From Oceanispirochaeta sp. (lineage in GTDB: Bacteria > Spirochaetota > Spirochaetia > DSM-2461): DNA of 64,000 nucleotides. The notes beneath the pieces were generated by a model that made no database searches, was not told the origin of the DNA, and saw nothing but the letters and a program-made list of their open reading frames with translations. Location: positions 96,001-160,000 of the forward strand of contig CAXXXD010000003.1 in assembly GCA_963663385.2 (NCBI GenBank), given 5' to 3'. Shown here one piece after another: positions 28,302 through 37,516 of the stretch; the stretch's first letter is position 1, and every line of letters starts with the position of its first letter. A program made the position numbers and the translations under genes.

Positions 28302-29213
28302 ATGAAAAATAAACTGGATTCTGAAGACTATAGGAAATATACAACAAGAAGCGAATATGACAAAGCAATTCATACCCTAGAAGGCCTGTTATCAGGAATA
28401 TCAATAGATAATAAAATAGACAAACAAGAACTGCAGGAATTAAAAAATTGGTGCAGTGACAATAATAAATTCCTGAAGAAACAACCGTTTAAAGACCTTA
28501 TCCCCTATATCATAGAAGCTCTGGAAGATGATTATCTGGATGAGGAAGAGCACAATAACATAATCCAGATGTGCAAGTATTTTAAAAGCGGCAGCAAGTA
28601 TTACGACATAGTGACATCCGACCTGCAAAGGCTGCAGGGGATAATGCACGGAATTATGGCAAATAATGAAATCTCTGATGAAGAGATACACGAACTGGAT
28701 ACCTGGATTGAGCAAAATGATCATCTGATAGGCTTATACCCCTATGATGAACTTTACAGTCTTTTACTTGCCGTACTGGAAGACAATATTATTACGGATA
28801 CGGAAAGAAATATTCTTAAAGTATTCTTTAGCGATTTTATTCCGGAAAGAGATTCCTCTACAATCGATTATCCCGAAATAGAAAAATTGAAATCTGCAAT
28901 TATCATTCCTGGTTTAACAACCAGTAACCCGGATATTGTATTTCAGGATAAAGTATTTTGTATATCCGGAAAGTTCAGGGACAATAAAAGAAGTGATATT
29001 GCACAAATGATTACGGATCTTGGCGGTACTTTTAAAAGTGGAATGAGTAAGGACGTTGATTATCTGATAGTTGGAACAGAAGGAAACCCAGCATGGGCCT
29101 TTTCCTGCTATGGAAGAAAGATAGAATACGCCACAAATCAAAGAAAACAGGGTAGTCGAATCCAGATAGTGAGAGAAGAAGACTTTATCGATGCCTATGA
29201 GGATAATTTATAA
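28302..29213 (+). CDS. BRCT-domain protein with duplicated N-terminal helical (TerB-like) repeat
   Basis: Repeats LEGLLSGISIDNKIDKQEL and LQGIMHGIMANNEISDEEI; BRCT FCISGKF...LGG...DYLIVG...YGRKIE; AAGGAG RBS. Confidence 0.8.
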   Translation: MKNKLDSEDYRKYTTRSEYDKAIHTLEGLLSGISIDNKIDKQELQELKNWCSDNNKFLKKQPFKDLIPYIIEALEDDYLDEEEHNNIIQMCKYFKSGSKYYDIVTSDLQRLQGIMHGIMANNEISDEEIHELDTWIEQNDHLIGLYPYDELYSLLLAVLEDNIITDTERNILKVFFSDFIPERDSSTIDYPEIEKLKSAIIIPGLTTSNPDIVFQDKVFCISGKFRDNKRSDIAQMITDLGGTFKSGMSKDVDYLIVGTEGNPAWAFSCYGRKIEYATNQRKQGSRIQIVREEDFIDAYEDNL

Positions 29214-29321
29214 ACACAACGAAAGATTACATCATATTTGAAGGGATTTTATTACTTATTGAAACAGGGAATTAAATACAGCTGTAATGAAAACATTAAG
29301 AAAATGTAAAGAAATGAAATC

Positions 29322-30137
29322 ATGGATCTGAAACGTATATACAAAATCATTGAACCGGCAGAAGGCGGCGATAAAGCCAGCAGAATATTCGATATCTCAA
29401 TCATACTCCTGATTATCATCAACATCTTTGCCGTAATATTAAATTCTTTTTCCAATCTTACTCCGGGTACAGCCGGGGTACTGGATTTTATAGAGATCGT
29501 ATCCATCGTGATATTCACAGCGGAATATCTGTTGCGGCTGATAACGGCGGCTTACAAATTTTCCCATGGGAAAGCCTGGATGCCCTATCTCCTGTATATC
29601 TGTTCGCCTATGGCAGTTATAGATCTTCTGGCCATATTGCCTTTTTATCTGCCCTTTATAATCCGGGTCGACCTGAGAGTCCTGAGAATGTTAAGGCTGG
29701 TACGTTTGCTTCGTATACTCAAATTGAACCGGTATACAAAATCCATGAAACTGCTGGGAAGGGTAATAAAAAGAAAGAAGGAAGAACTGCTGGTTACTGT
29801 ATTTATAACAGGAATCCTTATGCTCCTGGCCTCCTCCATGATGTATTACATCGAAAATGAAAGCCAGCCCGATGCCTTTTCCAATATCATAGCTTCTTTC
29901 TGGTGGGCCATCGCCACCCTGACCACAGTTGGATACGGCGATGTATATCCCGTTACCTTTCTGGGGAAAATCATGGCCGGTCTGATCGCCTTTCTGGGAA
30001 TTGGATTAGTGGCCCTGCCGACCGGTATTATAAGTTCGGGGTTTATAGAAGAAGTAGAGAGCCGGAAAATGATAAGGAAGGGCAGATCCCGAGTTAAAAT
30101 CAAAAGGAGAAAGAGGAAACGGAGATTAGAAATCTGA
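29322..30137 (+). CDS. voltage-gated potassium channel (6TM)
   Basis: S4 RVLRMLRLVRLLRILK, WWAIATLTTVGYGD filter. Confidence 0.93.
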   Translation: MDLKRIYKIIEPAEGGDKASRIFDISIILLIIINIFAVILNSFSNLTPGTAGVLDFIEIVSIVIFTAEYLLRLITAAYKFSHGKAWMPYLLYICSPMAVIDLLAILPFYLPFIIRVDLRVLRMLRLVRLLRILKLNRYTKSMKLLGRVIKRKKEELLVTVFITGILMLLASSMMYYIENESQPDAFSNIIASFWWAIATLTTVGYGDVYPVTFLGKIMAGLIAFLGIGLVALPTGIISSGFIEEVESRKMIRKGRSRVKIKRRKRKRRLEI

Positions 30138-30304
30138 TTCCTGCTTTACTATAAGTGGTAATTCATAGGTCAGTATACAGTGTTTGCTGTATTGCATTGT
30201 GCATAATATCGGGAAGATACAGCGGTATAGTACGATGATGGATAATCAGAATCATCCTAAAGTTTTTTTAGATTCTAATAATTATACAAGGAATATAAAA
30301 TCAA

Positions 30305-31945
30305 ATGAAAAAAGGGACATATATCTCACTATTCTTATTGCTTTCATTAATCTCATGTACATCATTCAGACCTCAGGTAACAGAGGAAGAAGCACTGAAT
30401 TCATTCAGGTTAATTGAAGATGGAAATCTTATAGAGATTAAAAAACTGATAAAACGGGGAATGGATCCCAATTTTCAAGCAGCATTCGGTTTAACACCAT
30501 ATCAGTATGCTATAGAAAAGAATCAGGTAGAGATCGTATATTACCTGACAGATCATGGTGCAAATATCAATTACAGTAATTCCTTAGGGCTCGACTCCTT
30601 ATTAATGGCTATCAGCTATGATCATAAGGAGTTAGCTGAATTCTTAATTGATCAAGGTACTAATCTCTCATCAACAGATATCCAGGGATGGACGCCCCTG
30701 ATATATGCTATTAAACAGAATATGCCGGATCTGGCAATAAAACTTATTGATAGAGGCGCAACAATTTATGGGACAACCAATCAGGATTGGACTCCTTTAT
30801 TATTTTCTGTACGAACAAAACAGGAAGAGGTTTCCTGGAAGCTGATAGAGGAAGGTGCAGTTATAGATCAACCTTCAGATCTCGGGTGGACACCTTTGAT
30901 GTTTGCTCTGGAATATGAACAACCTGATATTGCAAAAGAACTAATAGTACGAGGTGCAGACATCCGTCAGCAAATTTCTTCAGGGCATACACCTCTAATG
31001 TTATCAATAAAAAACAGTTATTATAAACTGGCGGAATATATGATTCAGCATAATGCGGATGTTAATGCAATAACCTCCTCAAACTGGACTCCGCTTATAT
31101 ATGCATTACAATACAATCAGCCTGATATTGCCAGGATGCTTATTGAAAAGGGCGCAGAGGTTAATGTCGCCAATGAAAATGGCTGGACTCCTCTTATTTA
31201 TGCGCTGAGAAACTATCATACGGAAATCGCTTATGAACTCCTGGAGAAAGGTGCTGATATAAACTCTGTAAGTTCTGATGGTTGGACCACACTGATGTTC
31301 TCACTGAGATATAACCAACCAGAGATTGCTCGGCTTCTTATCGAGATGGGCGCGGAAGTTAATACAGTAGATAATGATCATTGGTCTCCATTGATGTACG
31401 CCTTAAGAAATGATCAGCCAGAAAATGCGAGGCTTTTAATTGAAATGGGAGCAGAAATAAATATGCATAATGATTATGGCTGGACACCGCTTCTGTATGC
31501 TTTGAAGTATCATCAACCAAATAATGCACAACTACTTATCGAGAATGGAGCAGACCTGGATTACAAAGGTGACGATGATTGGACACCTTTAATGTTTGCA
31601 TTGAGATATAATCAGCCGGAGAATGCAAGGCTTCTTATTGAGAAAGGTGTCGAAATAAATGCTAGAGATGATAAAAACAGGACACCTCTTATGTTGGCTC
31701 TGAGTTTTAATCAACCGGAATGTGCACAACTCCTAATTGAAAGAGGAGCAGATGTAAATGCAAGCAATGATGAAGGTTGGACACCATTAATGTTCGCAGC
31801 TTGTTATTCACACCCAGATATAGTTACTACTCTTTTAGAAAGAGGTGCATATCTTGAATTGAAAAATAATAAAGGGAGGACCGCTATGGATATTGCGGAT
31901 ATCTATAACAAAGCAGAGGTTATCGATATTTTCAATAATCTATAG
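30305..31945 (+). CDS. ankyrin-repeat lipoprotein (about 15 repeats)
   Basis: Lipobox SLISC; recurring GWTPLxxA...LIExGAxxN 33-aa units. Confidence 0.92.
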   Translation: MKKGTYISLFLLLSLISCTSFRPQVTEEEALNSFRLIEDGNLIEIKKLIKRGMDPNFQAAFGLTPYQYAIEKNQVEIVYYLTDHGANINYSNSLGLDSLLMAISYDHKELAEFLIDQGTNLSSTDIQGWTPLIYAIKQNMPDLAIKLIDRGATIYGTTNQDWTPLLFSVRTKQEEVSWKLIEEGAVIDQPSDLGWTPLMFALEYEQPDIAKELIVRGADIRQQISSGHTPLMLSIKNSYYKLAEYMIQHNADVNAITSSNWTPLIYALQYNQPDIARMLIEKGAEVNVANENGWTPLIYALRNYHTEIAYELLEKGADINSVSSDGWTTLMFSLRYNQPEIARLLIEMGAEVNTVDNDHWSPLMYALRNDQPENARLLIEMGAEINMHNDYGWTPLLYALKYHQPNNAQLLIENGADLDYKGDDDWTPLMFALRYNQPENARLLIEKGVEINARDDKNRTPLMLALSFNQPECAQLLIERGADVNASNDEGWTPLMFAACYSHPDIVTTLLERGAYLELKNNKGRTAMDIADIYNKAEVIDIFNNL

Positions 31946-32131
31946 ATTTTTGGAGCTCGGATAATTGATTTACTCCTGAATTGCCTGATGTAAATATAAT
32001 TGAACAGTTCCAGTGGAATCTCCCGGGAATGGAAATCGCATCAATACCGGGACCCGGTAAAAATATATTTATTCTGACATTATAAAAAGTATTGTATAAT
32101 ATATGCATGTTTACATTAAATGGAGGAATAA

Positions 32132-32599
32132 ATGAGCTCTGCAAAGCGCCTGGCCACCCTGGTACTTATTACCGTGCTATCCCTTTCAGCCTGTATAACG
32201 GCCCCGGTCTTTAACGAGGCAGCCTACGCCGAACTGTGCGAGTTGAAGGTCCTGTCGTCAGCCGTACTGGCCGTAATGCTGGAAGAAGCGGTAAAATCAG
32301 AATCCGATCAATCTGATGTACAAATCCCCGCAGCAGCACAGGAAGAAATCAAAAACCTGAAGATGCGTATAGCGGTCGCCTATGAATATGCCAGAAACCG
32401 CCCTGAAAACGAGGAGCAGGTAAAGCAGTTCGATATCCTGATGAATGAGGAGGGTGATATGCTCTATGCCCTTATTAAAAGCTGGGAATCCGATGAATAT
32501 ATTTCTCCCTTTTATATTGAAAACAGCACAGAAAATATCAGGATATTATTCGATGTCATGCTGGCACTGGAATCCGGAAAGGAAATACCCGAGTCATAA
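32132..32599 (+). CDS. hypothetical lipoprotein
   Basis: Lipobox LSAC, GGAGG RBS. Confidence 0.75.
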   Translation: MSSAKRLATLVLITVLSLSACITAPVFNEAAYAELCELKVLSSAVLAVMLEEAVKSESDQSDVQIPAAAQEEIKNLKMRIAVAYEYARNRPENEEQVKQFDILMNEEGDMLYALIKSWESDEYISPFYIENSTENIRILFDVMLALESGKEIPES

Positions 32600-32611
32600 A
32601 AGGAGCAGGGG

Positions 32612-32923
32612 ATGAATGTAGATGATTTATTTAAAGAGATCTCAGATCTGGCGAAAGGTGAGCTGAAACAGTATGGAGACGAAATTACAGATGTAATCAG
32701 GGATTTCTATAAGAATACTAAAAAGGATATAGAGAAATATACCCGGGCATTGGCAGACGCTAAGATTTCTCAGAAAGAATATGCCAGCCTGTTACGGCAG
32801 AAAGAACAGCTTCTGCAGGCTGTCCTGCTGACAGAAAAAGTGAAAAAGCAGGTAAACCTGAAGGAATTTCAGGATAGGGTGATTGGCTTTATCATAGATA
32901 AAGTTTTTGATGCCCTGCCATAA
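32612..32923 (+). CDS. hypothetical helical protein, partner of upstream lipoprotein
   Basis: AAGGAG RBS, 12-nt gap after lipoprotein gene. Confidence 0.7.
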   Translation: MNVDDLFKEISDLAKGELKQYGDEITDVIRDFYKNTKKDIEKYTRALADAKISQKEYASLLRQKEQLLQAVLLTEKVKKQVNLKEFQDRVIGFIIDKVFDALP

Positions 32924-33056
32924 TATTTGGATCTGGATAGAATAGTTAAACCAGAAAACCTTACAGATTGAAATTAGCTTACCCTCTTTATACATATGAT
33001 ATAAGGGGGCGCAATATTGGTAAGCACCGGAAATAATTATTTTCAGTAAATTTATC

Positions 33057-33117
33057 TTGACAAAATGATTTTATAGAAATACTCTTTTTTTAGTAAGTAC
33101 AAAAACATACTAACTAA
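33057..33117 (+). promoter_or_regulatory. sigma70 promoter plus ROK/XylR-like operator
   Basis: TTGACA at 33057; inverted repeat TTAGTAAGTA-8-TACTAACTAA (33090-33117) just before the ROK gene. Confidence 0.55.
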
Positions 33118-33126
33118 GGAAAGAAT

Positions 33127-34296
33127 ATGCCTATACCAAGAAGAACTCGTATTATTAACTCTTCGAGAATCATCCGTGAACTATGGATTCATAATGTATT
33201 GAGTAAGGCAGAACTGGCAAAAAACCTCAATATGAATAAATCCTCAGTCTCTAATATTATTGAGGAATTAATAACCTATTCTGTCGTGGAAGAAAAAGTA
33301 CCTATTCTGCCTGGTCCTAAAGGCGGACGGACTGCTATGGGACTTTCTCTCAACAAGGATTGGTTTTATGTCCTCGGATTTGAGCTGCGATCAGATTCCT
33401 ACACGGTTCTTGCTGTTGATATACAGGGGAATGTTCTTTTTTCACAGACAGAACAGCGGGAGTTAACCCGAGATAACCTTGCCAAGGATTTTATTGCTAT
33501 TGTAAAGGACCTGCAGGAAAAACTGGCATTTCTCAATCGCCCTCTTCTTGGTATCGGTGTAGGGTTTTCGGGTATTGTTGACAGGGATAACCAGATTATT
33601 ATCCGATCCGTTTCCCTTGATATTCATGATCCCCTTGATTTCAAAAAAAAAGTTGCAGGGGCCTTTGATTTTCCAGTAATTCTGGAGAATGATGCAAGCT
33701 GTGGAGCATGGGGCGAAGTCGTCTTCCAAAGGGAAAAGCAGTTAAAGAATTTTATTTTTCTCCTGATCGAATTCTGGAAACGAAGCCCTTCCGATAAGGA
33801 GACATCCCATCCTACCATCGGTATCGGATTTGGTTTCGGCGGAAGGATTTATCATGGTTCAAAGTGGGCTGCCGGCGAGTTTAAAAGTGTACTGAATAGA
33901 AAACAGGGAAGCTCCCGTCAAATTGAAATTGAACTTCCTCATGGAACAAAACACATTACTGAAGATAATTCTTCGCTCAGACTGTATATCCGGGATCTGT
34001 GCACCAATATCGCTTTCCTTGTAAATACTCTTGATATAGGGAATATCTTTATCGGCGGTGATACGGAACCCTTTCAATCTTACATTATTACTCTCCTGGA
34101 AGAAGAATTGAGATTGAATTCTCTTACCAACTCGGTTCCGGATTGTCATATTCAGTTTTCATCTCTGGGATATCATGCGGTAGCATATGGAGCAGCAGCT
34201 TTGTCTCTCGACCAGATTTTTATGAATCTTGAACCGCTGGATTCGGCAAATGAAGCGCATCTGAGGCCGTTATACTTCATGGAAGATGGATCATAA
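33127..34296 (+). CDS. ROK family transcriptional regulator
   Basis: HTH (LSKAELAKNLNMNKSSVS), GGR linker, ENDA, AGEF. Confidence 0.9.
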   Translation: MPIPRRTRIINSSRIIRELWIHNVLSKAELAKNLNMNKSSVSNIIEELITYSVVEEKVPILPGPKGGRTAMGLSLNKDWFYVLGFELRSDSYTVLAVDIQGNVLFSQTEQRELTRDNLAKDFIAIVKDLQEKLAFLNRPLLGIGVGFSGIVDRDNQIIIRSVSLDIHDPLDFKKKVAGAFDFPVILENDASCGAWGEVVFQREKQLKNFIFLLIEFWKRSPSDKETSHPTIGIGFGFGGRIYHGSKWAAGEFKSVLNRKQGSSRQIEIELPHGTKHITEDNSSLRLYIRDLCTNIAFLVNTLDIGNIFIGGDTEPFQSYIITLLEEELRLNSLTNSVPDCHIQFSSLGYHAVAYGAAALSLDQIFMNLEPLDSANEAHLRPLYFMEDGS

Positions 34297-34346
34297 AAAA
34301 GGATAATCTCTCGTTTTGTGGGATTAAAATATTTTAAGGAGGCTTT

Positions 34347-35651
34347 ATGAAAGCTCAGGTAAAATGGTTATGCATTCTTGCAGTACTTTATGTTCTGCCG
34401 TTCCGGATCTTTGCCGCTGGTCAGCAGGAGCAAATAGTTCCGGTGGATGGGAATACCCTCTCGGTCTATCATTATCTTGATCAGACGGACAAGACAACCG
34501 CACCGAATTTTCAAGCGTTAGTCGATGTTTTCTATGAGGAAACCCCGGGAATCCATCTGGAATTCGAATATGGTTATGGGGAAGCTTACCACAACAAACT
34601 ACAAATGTTGGCAGTCTCAGGACAACTCCCGGATATTGTGTTGTTGTATCCGGGAAAGCGAACCTCTCAGGTAACAGGTGCCGGTCTCGTGAAGGATTTA
34701 AGACCATGGCTTGCTGACCATGAAAGTGAATTTGCCCCCATGGCAATGCTTCCTCAAGGGGATAACGGAGAAATCTGGGAGCTGCCTGAGGACATCAGTG
34801 TAACATCAATTATGTATTCAAACAATCGGCTTATGAAGGAACTTGGTCTTACTCTTCCGAAAACTTACGATGAACTTATCAAACAGGGAGATCTGATCAG
34901 GAATGCCGGTTATACGCCTATTTCTCTTGCAAACAAAGATGCCTGGCCCATACAGTCCTGTCTGGAGAGTATGCTTGTAGAAAGAACCGGAGGAATGACC
35001 TGGTATAAAAGTGCTGTTGACGGTGCCGGGTCATCCTTTCGGGATCCGGAATTTATCCAGTCCCTGAAACTGATCAAACAGATGTACGATAAAGAGATGT
35101 TCTCTCCCGGAATTAATCAATTGGCTTATATGCAGGGGCTTGATGATTTTGTTAATGAACGAGCTGTCTATTTTATAGATGGCGGATGGATGGTCAATAA
35201 TCTGGTGGGAGAATTGAGCAACGATCAGAAATCCTATATCTCTCTGGAATCTTTTCCGGATGTTCCCGGTCAGAAAGGCCAAAGCGGTTCGGTTGCCGCT
35301 ACAGCCGGGCAGGGATTCGGTATGAATGCAAAATTAACTAATGAAGAAGCGGAAGCTGCCTGGAAATGGATCTGGTTCTACGCCGGACCAAAAGGCTCTG
35401 CAATTAGACAGAAATACGGAAGACTTCCGGCGTATCTGCTGAATACTCCAGAGGACGCAGATCCGATGATTAAAAAACTCATTAGTTTTGTTGGAAATGT
35501 TCCTATGGGATATGTTCTGGATTCGGTCATCGGTTCTGAAGCCATCGGGAAGTTCAATGTGAGCTTACAGGAAATGATGTATGGCTTGAAAACGCCGGAA
35601 CAGGTTGCGGATGAATTAGAGCAACTAGTTGAAGCGAACGATAGGAAGTAA
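34347..35651 (+). CDS. carbohydrate ABC transporter substrate-binding protein
   Basis: Signal plus FAAGQQE, SBP family 1 pattern (GQLPDI, PKTYDEL). Confidence 0.9.
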   Translation: MKAQVKWLCILAVLYVLPFRIFAAGQQEQIVPVDGNTLSVYHYLDQTDKTTAPNFQALVDVFYEETPGIHLEFEYGYGEAYHNKLQMLAVSGQLPDIVLLYPGKRTSQVTGAGLVKDLRPWLADHESEFAPMAMLPQGDNGEIWELPEDISVTSIMYSNNRLMKELGLTLPKTYDELIKQGDLIRNAGYTPISLANKDAWPIQSCLESMLVERTGGMTWYKSAVDGAGSSFRDPEFIQSLKLIKQMYDKEMFSPGINQLAYMQGLDDFVNERAVYFIDGGWMVNNLVGELSNDQKSYISLESFPDVPGQKGQSGSVAATAGQGFGMNAKLTNEEAEAAWKWIWFYAGPKGSAIRQKYGRLPAYLLNTPEDADPMIKKLISFVGNVPMGYVLDSVIGSEAIGKFNVSLQEMMYGLKTPEQVADELEQLVEANDRK

Positions 35652-35665
35652 TTCCCTTCATTGAA

Positions 35666-35741
35666 ATGGAACTGTTGTAGAATATCAGGTTAGCTTAAAT
35701 AAGCATTTTTCCTCTGAATTTAATTTTTACAATAGTTCCAT
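35666..35741 (+). other. long intercistronic stem-loop
   Basis: ATGGAACTGTTGTAGAA...TTTTACAATAGTTCCAT. Confidence 0.5.
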
Positions 35742-35770
35742 ACTCTCAGAAAAAAACTGGAGTTTTACGA

Positions 35771-36658
35771 GTGAAACAAAACAAACAAAAAACATTAAGT
35801 TATTGTGTGTTTGTTATTCCCGGTGTATTGATCTTTTCATCGGTAATAATATTCCCGGTAATCTATAGCTTTCTATTAAGCTTTTCCGAATGGAGCGGGT
35901 ATGGTTCGTTCAATTTTGTAGGGATAGGAAACTACCTTACTATTGTAACCGATCCTGTTTTTCTTCATGGATTAAGGAATAACCTGCTTATAGTTGCAAT
36001 TTCCGTATTCGGACAGATTCCACTGGGATTTGTTCTAGCCTATATTTTGCATCGCAGAATTGTGGGGGGGACCCAATTTTATAAAACGATGATTTTTCTT
36101 CCCATAACGATTTCTGCCGTTGTCGTTGCTTTGTTATGGAATCAGATCTTCTCTAATTCCGGATTATATACATCTCTGATTCGTGAAATAACGGGGAACA
36201 TGAGATATGTGGTTAATATTTTTGAGAATAGGACTCTGGCTGTTGTCCCTATCCTGTTCGTTATCCTGTGGATGTATACAGGGACATACATGATTATTTA
36301 TCTAGCCAATCTTGAAAAGATCTCACCTTCAATTATGGAAGCCGCTTGTATCGACGGGGCCAGTGAGATGCAAACGCTCGTCCGCATTATTCTTCCCAAC
36401 ATGCTGGGTGTCATTGCCACTACGTCAATCTTTGCTATTTCTGGAAGTCTGAAAGCTTTTGACCTGATTTATGCAATGACTGGAGGCGGACCGGCTCACT
36501 ATACGGAAGTTATTGCTATATATATGTATACAAATACTTTTAAGTTTTATAAATATGGCTTTGGAAGTGCTGCTTCTACGATTATTGTAATTCTGAGCGT
36601 AGGATTAATCCTGTTACTACATAATTTTACTAGGCGTCTGGAACGCCAATTCGAATAA
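35771..36658 (+). CDS. carbohydrate ABC transporter permease
   Basis: EAACIDGA motif, TGGGP; GTG start. Confidence 0.92.
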   Translation: MKQNKQKTLSYCVFVIPGVLIFSSVIIFPVIYSFLLSFSEWSGYGSFNFVGIGNYLTIVTDPVFLHGLRNNLLIVAISVFGQIPLGFVLAYILHRRIVGGTQFYKTMIFLPITISAVVVALLWNQIFSNSGLYTSLIREITGNMRYVVNIFENRTLAVVPILFVILWMYTGTYMIIYLANLEKISPSIMEAACIDGASEMQTLVRIILPNMLGVIATTSIFAISGSLKAFDLIYAMTGGGPAHYTEVIAIYMYTNTFKFYKYGFGSAASTIIVILSVGLILLLHNFTRRLERQFE

Positions 36659-36673
36659 AAGGGGGGGACGTTC

Positions 36674-37510
36674 GTGCCAATAAAAAAATCCATATATTCC
36701 TGGAAGGCTTTCGCCTATCCTATTATGCTGATTTTCACCATATTATCGGTCGGACCGCTGGTTTGGCTTTTTTACAGCTCTTTCAAACCGCATGCCGCAA
36801 TTATTAAGGATCCTCTCGGTTTACCGGGGAAACTATATTTTGAAAACTATGCTATTGCATGGAAACAGGGAAAACTGGGAATATCCAGTCTGAACAGCAT
36901 CATCTATTCTGGAGTTGCCACTATTATCACTGTTCTACTGGCAATGAGCTCAGGGTATGCTTTTGCTAAGTTCGGTAATCGATTCTCAAAGATCTTTTAC
37001 GCATTATATACACTCGGACTTCTCATTACTGTCCACTCTGTCATTGTCCCTTTATTCATACTGGAGACACATTTCGGGATAGATGATACGAGGCTGGGTG
37101 TTATAATTCCCTATATTGCATTCGGGCTTCCTTTCGTCGTCTTCCTGGCGACGACCTATATCAAAGGGATTCCTGATGCCTTGGAAGAAGCAGCCCTGAT
37201 CGACAGTGCATCCTATTTCCAAATTTTTACTCATATCATTCTTCCTGTGTCACAACCTATTCTGGCAACTATGTTTATCTATACTTTTCTGGGAAACTGG
37301 AACGAATTCGTTTTGGTTCTGACATTAACAAGCAAAGCCGCCATCAGATCACTTCCGGTGGGAATCAATTCATTTGCCGGCGGGATGTCCAGAGATTACG
37401 GGCTTCAGTTTTCTTCCCTTGTAATCGGTACACTACCGATGGTTCTCCTGTATCTATCATTCCGGGAACAGCTTGAAAAAGGGTTCGCTGCCGGGATTTC
37501 CAAAGAGTAA
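36674..37510 (+). CDS. carbohydrate ABC transporter permease
   Basis: EEAALID motif, WNEF; GTG start. Confidence 0.92.
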   Translation: MPIKKSIYSWKAFAYPIMLIFTILSVGPLVWLFYSSFKPHAAIIKDPLGLPGKLYFENYAIAWKQGKLGISSLNSIIYSGVATIITVLLAMSSGYAFAKFGNRFSKIFYALYTLGLLITVHSVIVPLFILETHFGIDDTRLGVIIPYIAFGLPFVVFLATTYIKGIPDALEEAALIDSASYFQIFTHIILPVSQPILATMFIYTFLGNWNEFVLVLTLTSKAAIRSLPVGINSFAGGMSRDYGLQFSSLVIGTLPMVLLYLSFREQLEKGFAAGISKE

Positions 37511-37516
37511 AGCCAT

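Noticed and set aside
30480..31900. Regular 99-bp periodicity as CRISPR or DNA repeat array
   Set aside because: Explained by diverged ankyrin coding repeats; no identical repeats with unique spacers
33108..33117. TACTAACTAA as a fifth copy of the LuxR-type box
   Set aside because: Lacks the GTTAG arm and fits better as half of the ROK-type palindrome at 33090-33117
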